A stretch of 64,000 nucleotides of DNA from Vezdaea acicularis (Eukaryota), in NCBI GenBank assembly GCA_026025075.1, contig JAPEUI010000001.1, positions 310,001 through 374,000 on the forward strand, in the 5' to 3' direction. Every line of letters begins with the position of its first letter. Position 1 is the first letter of the stretch. The notes beneath the pieces were generated by a model. That model was not told the origin of the DNA. It did no database searches and was given only the letters and a program-made list of their open reading frames with translations. The position numbers and the translations under genes are program-made. Positions 12,808 through 24,770 of the stretch are shown here, in pieces.

Positions 12808-14697
12808 ATGGCTCAACGACTTGCCTCCGATGCGGAGGATAGCGCGGAGGTGGAGGTGCTTTATGCCCGGTTGGATAAGACGAAGCTACTCACTAAGAAG
12901 ATACAAGCGTCTATGACTCGACTAGAGACCAGTGGGGTAAGTGTCAAGGAGGCTATTGGACCGATTCTTGGAAATACGCAACGGCTCCAGGTCTTCGGCA
13001 AGAACGTTGACCTTGTTTGCGAAGCTATCGATAAGATTCAAGAGCCAATCGGAAACGCCTCGAATGAAAGGACGATAATACGGACAGGACCTCAGAAAGC
13101 TGGCCTTTCTGACTACCTCGGATCTATGAAGCGCATCAACCGCTCATTGACTCAACTAAAAGCGACTAACTTGGGCGCTCATCGATTAGCCATCAGTGAG
13201 CTTAGCGACTTGTTAAAGTCAGGCTCACGGAACCTTGAAGACGTCTTCCGTACTATCTTAAGAGAAGATCTCCGCGTTGTCGAGCCTTTACACTACATCA
13301 CCAAAGGCCTCCCCTTCCCTACCATTCCCCAGGAGAAGATTTCGCGTCTTTCTCTCATCAATGCTGCCATTTCATCGACGGTGTCGCAGCTATCTTCGAA
13401 CACAAATGCCCTTACGCCATCAGCTCAGATTTATGCAGAGGAGCGTGGTCCCCACATTGTATCAACACTACAAAATCTGGCCTCCGCCTCAATCTCGACG
13501 GCGCGAAAGAAAACGCCCACCGATATCTACAAGCGCGGCACTTCTGGTATTGGCACCTACGGTTCTGGGCTTGAACTCGCCTTTCTGGCTGAATATGACA
13601 ATATCTGTAGCGTTTTCTCGCGCGATGAATGGGGCCGGGTCTTCTCCTTGACCTGCCGTTCTGCCCTGAACGAGTTCGGCAAGACCCTAAGAGAGCTGAA
13701 TGCACACATCAAAGCGAACTTGATCACGGATGCCTTTTTGGCCTATGAGATTGTCGAGATTGTTCAGTCCTTATCATTTCGGATGGACTCAAAAACAGGC
13801 GAATTGAAGACTGCTTTTGCGGATGCGCTGAAGCCGGTTAGAGAGACGGCGAAACAGTCACTTCCTGACCTCCTTGATGACACTAGGCGTAAGGTTATGG
13901 CGATTCAAGTCCTGTCAGGCGACGGAGCTGCCGTGCCGCTCACCAGTGAGGTTATGGCAAGGCTAACCATGATGCCGCAGTATTCCGCGCCTCTCAGCAC
14001 CATCATGGTCTCCCTGGGTGACGGAAACTGGTCCGCCTCCTTCACATCAACGAGCTTATCATCGCCCACATCGTCTAAAGGCTTCGATGTTGGTGCTGAT
14101 GGCAAGAAGCTCCTTGCCAACTACGTTCTGGACAGCATAGAGACTCTCCTCACAAACCTCGAGTCCAAAGCGCCGCATCTGCTAAAGAGCAAGGGCGCCA
14201 TTGCAGTGTTCATCGCGAACAACGTCGCTATTGTCGATCGCGGCATTAAAAACTCCGATTTGGGCAGCCTACTGCAAAGCACGAACAGGGGCCTGGATGG
14301 CTGGCGCAAGAAGGGGCCGCACCTCTACCTAGATTCATGGCGCGAGTGCAGCCAGCTCTTGATGGATGTCCAGTACACCTCACGCACACATCGACCACCC
14401 TCCGGTAACAACATCAATTCGGCTGAGATTCTTAAAGGTCTGAGCAGCAAAGAAAGAGATCAGATCAAAGAAAAGTTTAAGGGCTTCAATGCCACGTTCG
14501 AAGAGTTGACGGCCAGACACAGGAGCTTGGCCATGGAGAGGGAGGTGAAGGGTCAGCTTGCGCGTGGCGTGCAAGAGGTGGTAGAGCCACTCTATGGGCG
14601 GTTCTGGGATCGCTACCATGATGTAGATAAGGGAAAAGGGAAGTATGTGCGGTGGGATAAAGGGCAATTGGCCAGTGCTTTGGCTAGTCTCAGGTGA
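12808..14697 (+). CDS. EXO70: Exocyst subunit Exo70 (conserved part from 12808; ORF open upstream to ATG 12070)
   Basis: AEDSAEVEVLYARLDK N-terminus; IAVFIANNV; LSSKERDQIKEKFKGFNATFEEL; PLYGRFWDRY..KGKYVRWDK. Confidence 0.92.
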   Translation: MAQRLASDAEDSAEVEVLYARLDKTKLLTKKIQASMTRLETSGVSVKEAIGPILGNTQRLQVFGKNVDLVCEAIDKIQEPIGNASNERTIIRTGPQKAGLSDYLGSMKRINRSLTQLKATNLGAHRLAISELSDLLKSGSRNLEDVFRTILREDLRVVEPLHYITKGLPFPTIPQEKISRLSLINAAISSTVSQLSSNTNALTPSAQIYAEERGPHIVSTLQNLASASISTARKKTPTDIYKRGTSGIGTYGSGLELAFLAEYDNICSVFSRDEWGRVFSLTCRSALNEFGKTLRELNAHIKANLITDAFLAYEIVEIVQSLSFRMDSKTGELKTAFADALKPVRETAKQSLPDLLDDTRRKVMAIQVLSGDGAAVPLTSEVMARLTMMPQYSAPLSTIMVSLGDGNWSASFTSTSLSSPTSSKGFDVGADGKKLLANYVLDSIETLLTNLESKAPHLLKSKGAIAVFIANNVAIVDRGIKNSDLGSLLQSTNRGLDGWRKKGPHLYLDSWRECSQLLMDVQYTSRTHRPPSGNNINSAEILKGLSSKERDQIKEKFKGFNATFEELTARHRSLAMEREVKGQLARGVQEVVEPLYGRFWDRYHDVDKGKGKYVRWDKGQLASALASLR

Positions 14698-14991
14698 TTG
14701 TGTAAGGTGATCAGGGGATTAACATGCATCATGCAAGGGGCGCTAGGCTTCGGAAGTATAGCTTGGATACTAGGGCACGATCTGGTTGGATATTCTTGAT
14801 GGAGATACTCACGATGCAGCGTCGTCATGAAACAGAATTAAAGATATCACCAGACTTGTATATGAGGACTGGCTTCATATGAATACACCCCCTCCGTGTT
14901 CCTGGTCCAAGGGGCAATCGAATTATAATTGATAGTAACACAAAGACTATATCCTCCACCTAGAAGTCATTCTAGTTCCCTCACTTGTTGT

Positions 14992-15450
14992 CTACTGCGT
15001 CGTAACTACCCCGTCTGACTCCACGTTGATAGAGTCATTGCTCTCCAGAGCCGCAACCTTATCGTTTGGGAATGCAACGCTGAGTGACCGTTAGCAAAAG
15101 GATTTTCGAGTTGAATTGATTGTTGAAAAACATACGTGAAGCCCTTGATCAGCTTGAACTCATTGACGATTGTCCCGCCTTGGGAAATAGCTGTTTCTTT
15201 GGCCCTGTGCAGAGAACTAGGTCAGAGGTGTTTATGAAGGGGCTGTGAAGTAAAGCGTTGAGTCACGGGAAGGCAGTGCTGTTTGGGTAACGCGTGGTGT
15301 TGACGGTGCATACGCTTGTAATTCTGCGGGCGATGCCCCTGATTTGAGTGTAACCTAGGCCAGCAAATGCCTTGGTTAGTGAGGGTAGATAAAGAGAGGG
15401 GCGCTGGACAGCGGCTTGGGGGCGAAGAGGCATACGTTGAATTGAGGCAT
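14992..15450 (-). CDS. Small peptidase inhibitor I9 family (Pbi2/POIA1-like) protein, 70 aa, 4 exons; absent from the ORF track
   Basis: Exons 15450-15436, 15354-15314, 15204-15136 and 15079-14992 splice in frame (GTATG donors) to MPQFNVTLKSGASPAELQAAKETAISQGGTIVNEFKLIKGFTVAFPNDKVAALESNDSINVESDGVVTTQ*; TATA-like element near 15590. Confidence 0.85.
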
Positions 15451-15896
15451 CCTGACAGCTCTCAGAAGTGCAGCTTCGGTTTCGTACAAGAGGAGAGGAG
15501 ATAGTGAATGTCTTATGAGATTCGCAATCTTCAAGGCTAACGGAGTTGGAGAAGCAAGCCGAGATGGTCGCTCAGGTTTTGTGAAAAGGTTTATATAAAG
15601 GAAGATTAAAGAGGGAAAGGATGACGACGATGACGTCCCCGACGCCTAAGGTATAAATCCCTCTACCTAGTTCAGTAAGGTCCAGCCTACCTAGATACGA
15701 GGTGCAGTCGCGGGGCAGAGCCTAACTCTCGGTTGAAGCCGGGCAACTGACGGGCGGCGGGGCGCTCTTGCTTACGTGATCGACGGCCGCCGCTGCTCGC
15801 TTAGCTAGGGCTCAAGTACTTGACGCACGATTTTTGACTGTCATATCGACCAAGACTCTTTTGACCTCTTCTCAATCGGTTGGGTTATTCGCAATC

Positions 15897-16476
<580 letters not shown>

Positions 16477-16809
16477 ACGGACATTGGTACTTTTGTGGGT
16501 CCTTCGGGGGTTGCATGGTTTATGGAATAGCTCGTTGTATGATAGAGAGTTGAGAATAGCATAATATGCTACCAACACCTTAACAAGGGTCTATCTTCAG
16601 TATAATGCAACCTGCAAGTTCCGTTGGATTGAAATGCTACAAGCAAATGTCGCGCTATGATACGCAGAACTAGCTGAACAAGCTTTCCATCCCTAGGATT
16701 GTGAGCTCACTGAAACTGCCAGTATAAACCTGACTGGCCTTGCCTGTAACGCCTGATTATATTACACAGATTGAGCTACACACGATCGCCTCCTGCGTCC
16801 GTAATTCAC

Positions 16810-17779
16810 TCAGCCATCCTTTTTCTTGGCAGGACTCCCGTGCGCGAAGAATAGCACTTTAATAGCAATTGCCAGTCCAGCATGTAACACGCAAACGACG
16901 ATAAGGAGCGTCTGCGAAGTTTTGGAATCCCTTGTTGCGGATAACACGGGATATAAGTTCCTAATGAGAAATGCGACCGAAACGACGAATCCGATGCCTA
17001 CGAAGGCGTAGTTCAGCGCCGTGATAGGTGACCACGAGATCAGCGCCACAGGTATCCAGATCAAGTTGGCGTATCCATACAAGGCCCAACATTCCAGAAG
17101 GTTGGCAGATTCGCTGCCTAGATATCGTAATAGTCCCCATAGAGTCGGAGGAATCACGAAAGTGTAGCCGTAGATGAGCCCCGCGGCCCCTGCAAATACC
17201 ATATGATCAGCCAAGCTTTCGATACAAGAAGTTAAGTGCTGTTCCTACCACTCAGTAACCCAAAGTCATAGACAAAATGCCCCTCCCCCTTAATAGCTAA
17301 ATATCTTGAGATTGTGCCTGTGAGGAAGAGGATCATCACCACTGTCGTGGCGATCCAGAAGGGTCCATAGAGATCTGGGTTCCCTTCCAATATATCGAGA
17401 AAATTAGTTCGCGGGTACAGTGCTGACCGACACCGATGGAGTACGGAGCTGGTGTCTACGTCGAAGAACTGCGCATAGAATGCGAGACTCCAGAGATACT
17501 GTTTGCCTGAAGCTGGGGAGGACGTCGGAGGTTTTCGAGTATTCGGTGCGGCATCTGTGAAGTCTGTGGTGCTCGGGATCAGCTTACTTGAAAAGGCATG
17601 GAGTGATATGGGGCCATACTGGAGGAGTGAAATTCAAGGTCTTCTTGCAGATCGGTATGGCCCAAATCGGCCTTTGCGCAGTGAATATCAGTAGGAGCAT
17701 TGCGGGGGGCGGAGTGATGAATGCGGTGATTTACCTCCTCATCCACATCAACGACGACGTCGTATCCACCGGACGTCAT
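16810..17779 (-). CDS. Yip1-domain membrane protein (Yip5/YIPF1-like), multi-exon
   Basis: MTSGGYDVVVDVDEE..FYAQFFDVDT..PDLYGPFWIATT..ECWALYGY followed by hydrophobic helices. Confidence 0.88.
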
Positions 17780-18077
17780 GTTGGCTTCAGCATTCAAATC
17801 TGGGCGTGATCTCTAACTTGCTTGGAGCTACTTCGAAGGTGTCAAACTCGCGAATACGCAACAGCCGTCTCAACGCGCGGCCGTAGAATTTCCGACTGTC
17901 CAATCACCTGAGGCGAGGAGCCCGCCAATCACAGCCTTCCCTTTAGAAGTCGACCTTCCCAAGGTCGCTCGCCAAAGATTACTTCTCTTCTACCTCATCA
18001 CCCAGCCACGAGCCTTACGACCTCGTTTCACTCCATTGCCATTTCGCACCTTCATCAAACCCCTGAAGCGTGACGAG

Positions 18078-18757
18078 ATGGGAGTCTATGAATTTTTCGC
18101 CGACCTAGCCGGTTCTCTGGCCCCAGCAGAGGCGCAAGCCGAAGCCCCGGCTAAGGAGGAGGAAGACGAGGGCGAGGAGTCTAAGGACGAGGAGGGTGAG
18201 GGAAAAGAAGGAGGTGAAGACGGAGGCGAGGAGAAGGAAGAGGAAACAGAGGAACCAGAAGAGGAGGAGGAGGAGGAACCCGAGGACCCGAAACCGAAGA
18301 TTGAGGAAGGTTCGTTCGGATACTATTTCGATGGCTTCATGCGTTGCCTTTAGCAATGGTGATCAATTACCTCATTGATCTTCCGCTCATGAGCTGCCCT
18401 GTAATGGGATTCTGTTACAATTCCCTTCACTGCTTTTGAACGCTTACTCACGTTTTCTTATCGGCGACTATGCTGACAACTATCTCGGCAGAATGTGCAA
18501 ACTCGAAGCAATGTCTCCCAGCAAAACACCATTTCGAAGAGTGCGTAGAGCGAGTCCAAGCGGCCCAATCAGACGAAAACCACAAGGGACCGCACGAGGA
18601 CTGCGTTGAAGAGTGTAAGCCACCGCATCTCCAAGCTGTTGAGAGCATTTAAGTGAACGGAGCCCATGCTGACAGTATACGCCCCTCTCTAGTCTTCCAC
18701 CTTGCGCACTGTGCAAACAACTGTGCCGCTCCTAAGCTCTGGGCCGCCCTCAAGTGA
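18078..18757 (+). CDS. QCR6: Cytochrome b-c1 complex subunit 6 (hinge protein), 3 exons
   Basis: Acidic N-terminus; DPKPKIEE|ECANSKQC..HHFEECVERV..EDCVEE|FFHLAHCANNCAAPKLWAALK. Confidence 0.93.
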
Positions 18758-19639
18758 AATCGGTAAATCATTAAAGATGGATGGAACCACCCGTCACCTG
18801 TACAAAACGACCACCCTGCCCCCCCTTGCATAGCAGCGTTATCATCACACCTTTTTTTACGACTCACATATATTGTAGCATAGAGCACAAGACTTCCTTC
18901 AGAATCGCATCATGCTACCAAGTTCTACCCACCTCTTTTAAAAATCTCTAATCTCCCCCATAGGATCCCTGACAAGCCTAATCTCCTCATCCCCCTTTCA
19001 TCCCATCATCCCATCCCCCAACCTTACGCCCCCCTTCTCTCCAAGCTCCTCCCACAACTCAACACTCGCCTCCTCAGCCCCATGATATCCTGCCCTCACG
19101 ATCCTGTCCTCTAAACAACCCAGCCGTAGCCCACGCAAGGAAAGGACACGTCGGCAAAGGGGGAATTAGATATGTGTAATGAGTAAGTCGCGGGCGGTTA
19201 GAGTGGTGAATACTAGGCATCGCGGTTGTGTTCATTGTGACGAGGTGGCGGAGGATGGGCTGAGTATGAAAGAAGGGGGGGGGAACACCGGCCGATGCAG
19301 GGTCCCACGGGGGAGTGGGGGGGGGGGGCGGGGTGCTTTAACCACCCTCCTCGCTTTCAGAAATTATGTGATATAGCATAGGCTGATCCCACGAGTGTCT
19401 GAGGTGAAACATAGTGCAGGTCCGTCCCGTTCATCCTATTCGATTCCAATTCCATTCAAGTGAAGTAGAGTACAATCTATGCGCTTATCCCGCCTCCCGA
19501 AAGCTAGGGAGTGACCAAAATGGGAAGAAGAAGCACCACCCTCCAAACCTCTCTCCCACGTATGAATGAAAGCTCTCGTACGCCAAGAAGAACCGAAGCC
19601 ATCCCTACTAGCGCTTTACGCGCAGCCAGGACCCTGACC

Positions 19640-20958
19640 TTAGCTATTCCCGCTACTACGAAAGATATTGCGGAAGCTGCTCCCCGAGTGCCGTTCGCTG
19701 CGCGGGCTAGACCCTGGGCTACTCCGCGGACTACTCCTCGTGCTCTGATTTGGTTCACCAGACCTTGTAGCGCCGGTTGTTGTCGCGCTGCCGCTACTAC
19801 TCCCATGCCGCGACCGAGTCGAGCGCTCGCTCGTATGTCTCGAGGAGGAGGGCCGCACGGCCGCCTCGGCGCTATGTCTCCTCCTATCCCGGCCATCTTT
19901 AAGGCTCTTGCGGCAGATAGGACAGGTATCGTGACTCTCCAACCACAGCTTGACGCAGGGGCCATGGAACCAGTGGGAGCATGGCAAGACGGTGACGATG
20001 TCGCCGAGGACGACGTCGTCGGAGCAGATGGTGCATTCGGCTTTGGACTCGCCGCCAAGCATGGTTTTGTCGATGGCTTTTTCGGGGAGGGCGCGGATGG
20101 CGGCTTCGGAGGCGGGGGGCGCGCCGTTGCCGCTGTTTTGCTCCATTAGTTGTGACATCACCCGGTCGAAGGCTTCTTGCGTGAAGACGGTGTCGCCGGC
20201 GATGGCGCTGCCGGGGTTGATCAGAGCGGAGAGCATGTTGAAGGGGTGGGGTATCGAGTGGGGGTCTTGTGGGGAGCCGGGGTAGGTGCCCATGCCGCGG
20301 AAGAGTGTTTGGAGGAGTCTAGAGGGGTGCGGTTAGCATGAAGATATTGGTGGCCGGAAGGAGTAGGAAATATCTTACGATGCGATGTCATCTACAGGTT
20401 CCTGTTGGGGTTGTGGGTTGTTGGCGTCTCGGGGTTGTAATCGAGCGCTGGCGTTGTATGTGAATCTTCCTCCGGATGTCGATGAAGACCTCCTCCCCGA
20501 GCTCTCCCCACTCGATCCACTTCGCGTCGTCATGCCCAACAGCCCCCCCTGAATCGGACCCGTTCGAAACGTGGTTCTTGTGATTTGTATGGAGCCGTTC
20601 GGTGAAAAGGTCCTAGTGACGCGCTCCTCGATTTCTTGTTCCTCTGGGTCGTCGGGGTACTCATGTCCCCACGGATTGTGATTGAGGAATGACGGTCGAG
20701 TTCGCGGGGACGGAGGGGTTGGAGGGGAGAGGTCTTCGGTGTTCATCGCACTTCGAGGGTCATTGTCAGGATCGATCTGAGGTGAGACAGCTGGTCAGCA
20801 GATCAAGTCATGAAGTTTGAAGCATGATATCTTGGCCAGACTAGGAGTCTCACAATCTCTGTAAATTCAGATTCACAGTGCGGATTCGGGCAGACAAGGC
20901 CAAAGTCTTCCTTTTCCCAGTCTCGCCCGCACTGGTGGCAATATACCGTCTCCGGCAT
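19640..20958 (-). CDS. RING-H2 E3 ubiquitin ligase (RNF126/RNF115-like), 3 exons
   Basis: N-terminal zinc ribbon YCHQC..CPNPHCESEFTEI; GDTVFTQEAFDRVMSQL; PPASEAAIRALP; RING-H2 CTIC..PCSHWFHGPC..CPIC. Confidence 0.9.
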
Positions 20959-21962
20959 CTTGGATGTTGCAGCACCAAAGCCGAACGAAGTATGAAACTT
21001 CAAGTCAAGAGAGATGCCCAAGCGTGAAACCAAAAGGTGGCGGAATGATAAGACAAGGAACAAGGAAACTTTTCCGAGGATGAGTCTTGACTGTTAACTC
21101 AAACCAAGGTATGCCCGGCGCAAGGCAGGTGAATGGCCGGCGTCAGATCGCCTCCGGGCGTTGTCGATAAGGATGGAGTTGTCGGCGGAGTCGCCAAGGA
21201 TTGCTTAGGGTGCAGGAGAATGGTGGTCAGGCGAAGTGAGCCTTATGCAGGGTGGACGGTCCCGGAGCTCTGGGAACGTCCCGTACAACAACAAAAGTAT
21301 ATAAGGCCGCAACGGTTTCGACCAGGCCAAGGTGCTTCTCTCGGGCCAAAAGTACTAGAGACCAGAGAAGCTTTGACGGTGGCGCTAGAGGTGTTGGTTG
21401 GAGTGAAAAGGAGCTGAAAAGCTTCGTGAAGCAGTAAAAGTAACGACGGGACTTACTCCGGAGATCGCGAGGGGCAAGGGGAACATGTGATCAAGCGCAT
21501 CAGTCGTCAAGATATCAAGTTTGTGAAGTTGCAGCCACCAGCAGATCCGGAGTGGAACGTGTCATGATTCTACCGCAACGGATCCCATACGGACGAGTGA
21601 CGCTGTCCGATGACGTTCCACCAGCACCATCCCTGTTCGCTTGTTGCGTTCTGGAAGCTTTTCGAAGATCGAGGTCGCCAGGAGCGTATGGCGCGCGATA
21701 GGAGATGCCAGTTAGACGCTGTTTCTACCTTAGATATTTTACGAGTGAGCCGTTCTACTTGATTTCAAGCTAAATACTGAAAGTAGATTTGACTTATTCT
21801 GAAAAATCACGGGGTTTGGGAAGCCGGGCGATATTGGCTTTGCTACAGGTATTTCCCTAATGATATTCTATGACACATCCTTTCCGACCAAAATGCTCTT
21901 CAAACAGGCAATAAGTCTCCGGTAAATATCCATTCCTAAACAAACGAATAAACCCGATACCA

Positions 21963-22698
21963 CTACCTCCGCTTCGCCCCTCTAAACAACATGCCACCGA
22001 CCACTCCAGCAGCAATAGCAACCCCACTCAAAATCGCCACACCCATCAGACCCTCCTTCTGCACCTTATCATCAATCAATCCCCTCAAGCTCCCCGCTTG
22101 CATATTCGTCGGCTCGTGATCCAGGAGCTTATCGTTGAATCTCCGGGCTTCGCCATAATTACCAAGCTTGTAATTCCCCAGCGCTAGGTAGTAGAGGCAC
22201 TCTCTCCGCCGCTCCGGAGATGACCGGTATATGTCAGATAGCAGGCGGACGCCTTCTTGTTGGTCTTGTCTGGTGTTCGATTTTATGAGACCCTTACGCA
22301 GATCAGTATGTGATAATTGCGTTTCTTGAGGGATAAGCCTACCCAGGCAAAGTTGAATTTCGTTTGTACTCCCACGTACTCGCCTTCTTTCTCATATTGT
22401 GCTCTGAGGACTTGGAGTTCTTCGGGCTTTAATGGACTAGACGGACGGCGTAATGTCAGCCAAAGTAATCATGACGGCTCTATCGGCGCTCTAGAGCCCG
22501 GCGCAGTGGTTTAGTCTGCCAAACCACTTCCTCGGAACTTGGTTTGAGCATGGTGTGAGAAGACTAACCTCTCCGCATCAGCGGCATCTGGAAAACGCAG
22601 CATCGTCAGTACCTCAGCCCTGCACTCGTCGAGAACGTGTGGTTCGCGGGCTTAACGCCTACTACTCGGATTGACTCACATGGTAAATTAGACCCCAT
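21963..22698 (-). CDS. FIS1: Mitochondrial fission protein Fis1, multi-exon; not in the ORF track
   Basis: Spliced [57 protein letters not shown]-terminal TM helix plus basic tail RGAKRR*. Confidence 0.94.
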
Positions 22699-23054
22699 CA
22701 TAGAGGTTTATGTATCCGCTTTCTTCGGAATCCGAAAGAATAAGAGCGAAGTGGATGGGAAAGACAAGTAGCCTCCACGAATCCAGAACTTGAGGTGGCG
22801 GCTTGCATCATGTGGCGGTGCAGCCGGGCGTAAGCGAAACCGGGTTTGTTGTCCGTTGACCTGCCAACCCGTGTAACGATACGATCATCCAATATATTTC
22901 TCACGATGCCGAGCTACCATCACACGAGAATCTCCATCAAATCGTATGAAACCGGCATTATTCTCTACAGCTATTACGTTCTACTGTTGTCGACTTTCTG
23001 TGAATTAGGGTTTAAACTCTAAGGTTCATCAACATTTGGCAGAGCGGCGCAATC

Positions 23055-23835
23055 ATGCTTCTTGACGAGGACCCCGCGACGGTAAGTAGCTTTCTGGCGC
23101 GCATGAGGTCCAGTCGAACCATCTCTGATAGCTGAGGTTACATCTTAGCTCATACATCATACCGTTGGAAACTTCAACATAGCTCCTGATAGACATGCGC
23201 TTGGTCGCATCAATGAATCGCTTTCTACCCTGCAACAAGCGCGCGACCTGAGGATACGAGAGGCAGAGAGCGCATTACACAGTATGGATACCTCTAGCAA
23301 ATCGGAACGAGGCGCATGTGCTAACGATGGATTATTAGAACTATCAAGAAGCCTCCAGACGCTGCAGACGCATCACCAAGAAACAGTCTCGTCGCACTCG
23401 TCTGCCGACCATGCTTCCCAGATACTGGCGCTCGACACGCAGAAGTTCCGCATTGCCAAGACAGCTTCTGACCTTGAGATTGAAGGAGAGAGGCTGGAGC
23501 AGGAGCTTGAGGCTTTGAATGGCAGGCTGCAGGAATTAGAGATGCAGGGAGTCGAGGGAAGTGAGGGAGAACGAGGGAAGCGCGAGCTGGAAGACGAAAC
23601 ACTGTACGTCAATATCACACATCCCCCTCTTAGTACCACGAAAGCTGACAAGTCCGCCCATAGGTTGAAACTCAAAGTGTACCGGTCCCTGGGTATCGAC
23701 ATCGAAGCGGACAACGCGGGCAACTATAACAAAGCGATCATCCGGAACGTGCTGAAAGGCGACGTGCACGTCGTCAACATCGACCCCAAATTCTCGCGCT
23801 TCTTCTATGCAAATTACTTTTGGCAGACAATGTAG
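23055..23835 (+). CDS. SPC24: Kinetochore Ndc80-complex subunit Spc24, multi-exon
   Basis: MLLDEDPAT..coiled coil LDTQKFRIAK..LKLKVYRSLGI..KFSRFFYANYFWQTM. Confidence 0.88.
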
Positions 23836-24770
23836 AGCGTTGTCCGGGACCTTGTTTGTTCAATTGGCGCTATCAGGGTTTGGCGCACGTGGCGGAGGGT
23901 CCGAGGTCTGAGGCATTGGGTCGACTGGGCGAAATCTCCTATCTCTACGAGTGCGAGATCAGCAGTGTATCTATCTTCGACGAAGCTCTGGGTATAGCTT
24001 GACCGGGCTTCTGGCCCTTGGTAGACTCCTCGGAAGAATGGTATTGGGGCATAGCACTCTGGATAGCTGATCATGATATCTGCATCTCCGTGAGAATTTA
24101 TCATTGTGGGGACATTGCAGCCGATGGCACCTGCGGCTTATCTCGCTGCTGCACGAACATGTGCGCACCCCGCGATAGGCGGGGGAGGGGGGTGGTAGCG
24201 AGCAAGTAGCGAGCACGCAGCGGCCATGCGTTTCGCATACCCATGCCGCATATCTCCACGGATTAGTTTTTGATTATACTGTTCACTGTATGGCTCCACG
24301 AGTGGAGATACTGGGAGGAGTTCGCATGGCACCTTTGCGCCCTCGTTTCTATAGCTGAAGGCCACGCGGAATTCAAGGTGCCTTGGGCCGACTGCAGAGC
24401 TGGGAAAACCGGCTCGTTTACCGACGCCCTACGCTTATCGCATCCCTCTTCTAGCCTGGCGTTCGCCGGAGCGCAGCCACGCGCCCGTACTGCCAATGAC
24501 GGAGCGGGCTTCGGTGCTTGCTTCGGCGTCAGCATGGGGGGGTGCATTCTATCAATTCCACATCTCTATCACTGCTGAGAGGGCGGGACGAGCTCGAGAG
24601 CGTGTCGGTTTGAAAAGCAAGTCTTTGTGCGATTATCACCTCTTTGCTCCCCATCGTTACATTCCTCGGTCCGGTTGTTTTTGTACATAAACTCTGGAGA
24701 GCCTCAGCAAGCTATGTGCCGAGGAAAGTGGGAGCATTGACAGTCAAAGCTCCACTCGCTCCTCGCCGCG

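Noticed and set aside
23836..24700. Overlapping short ORFs between SPC24 and TOK1
   Set aside because: No consistent spliced model, motif or codon bias found; treated as intergenic.
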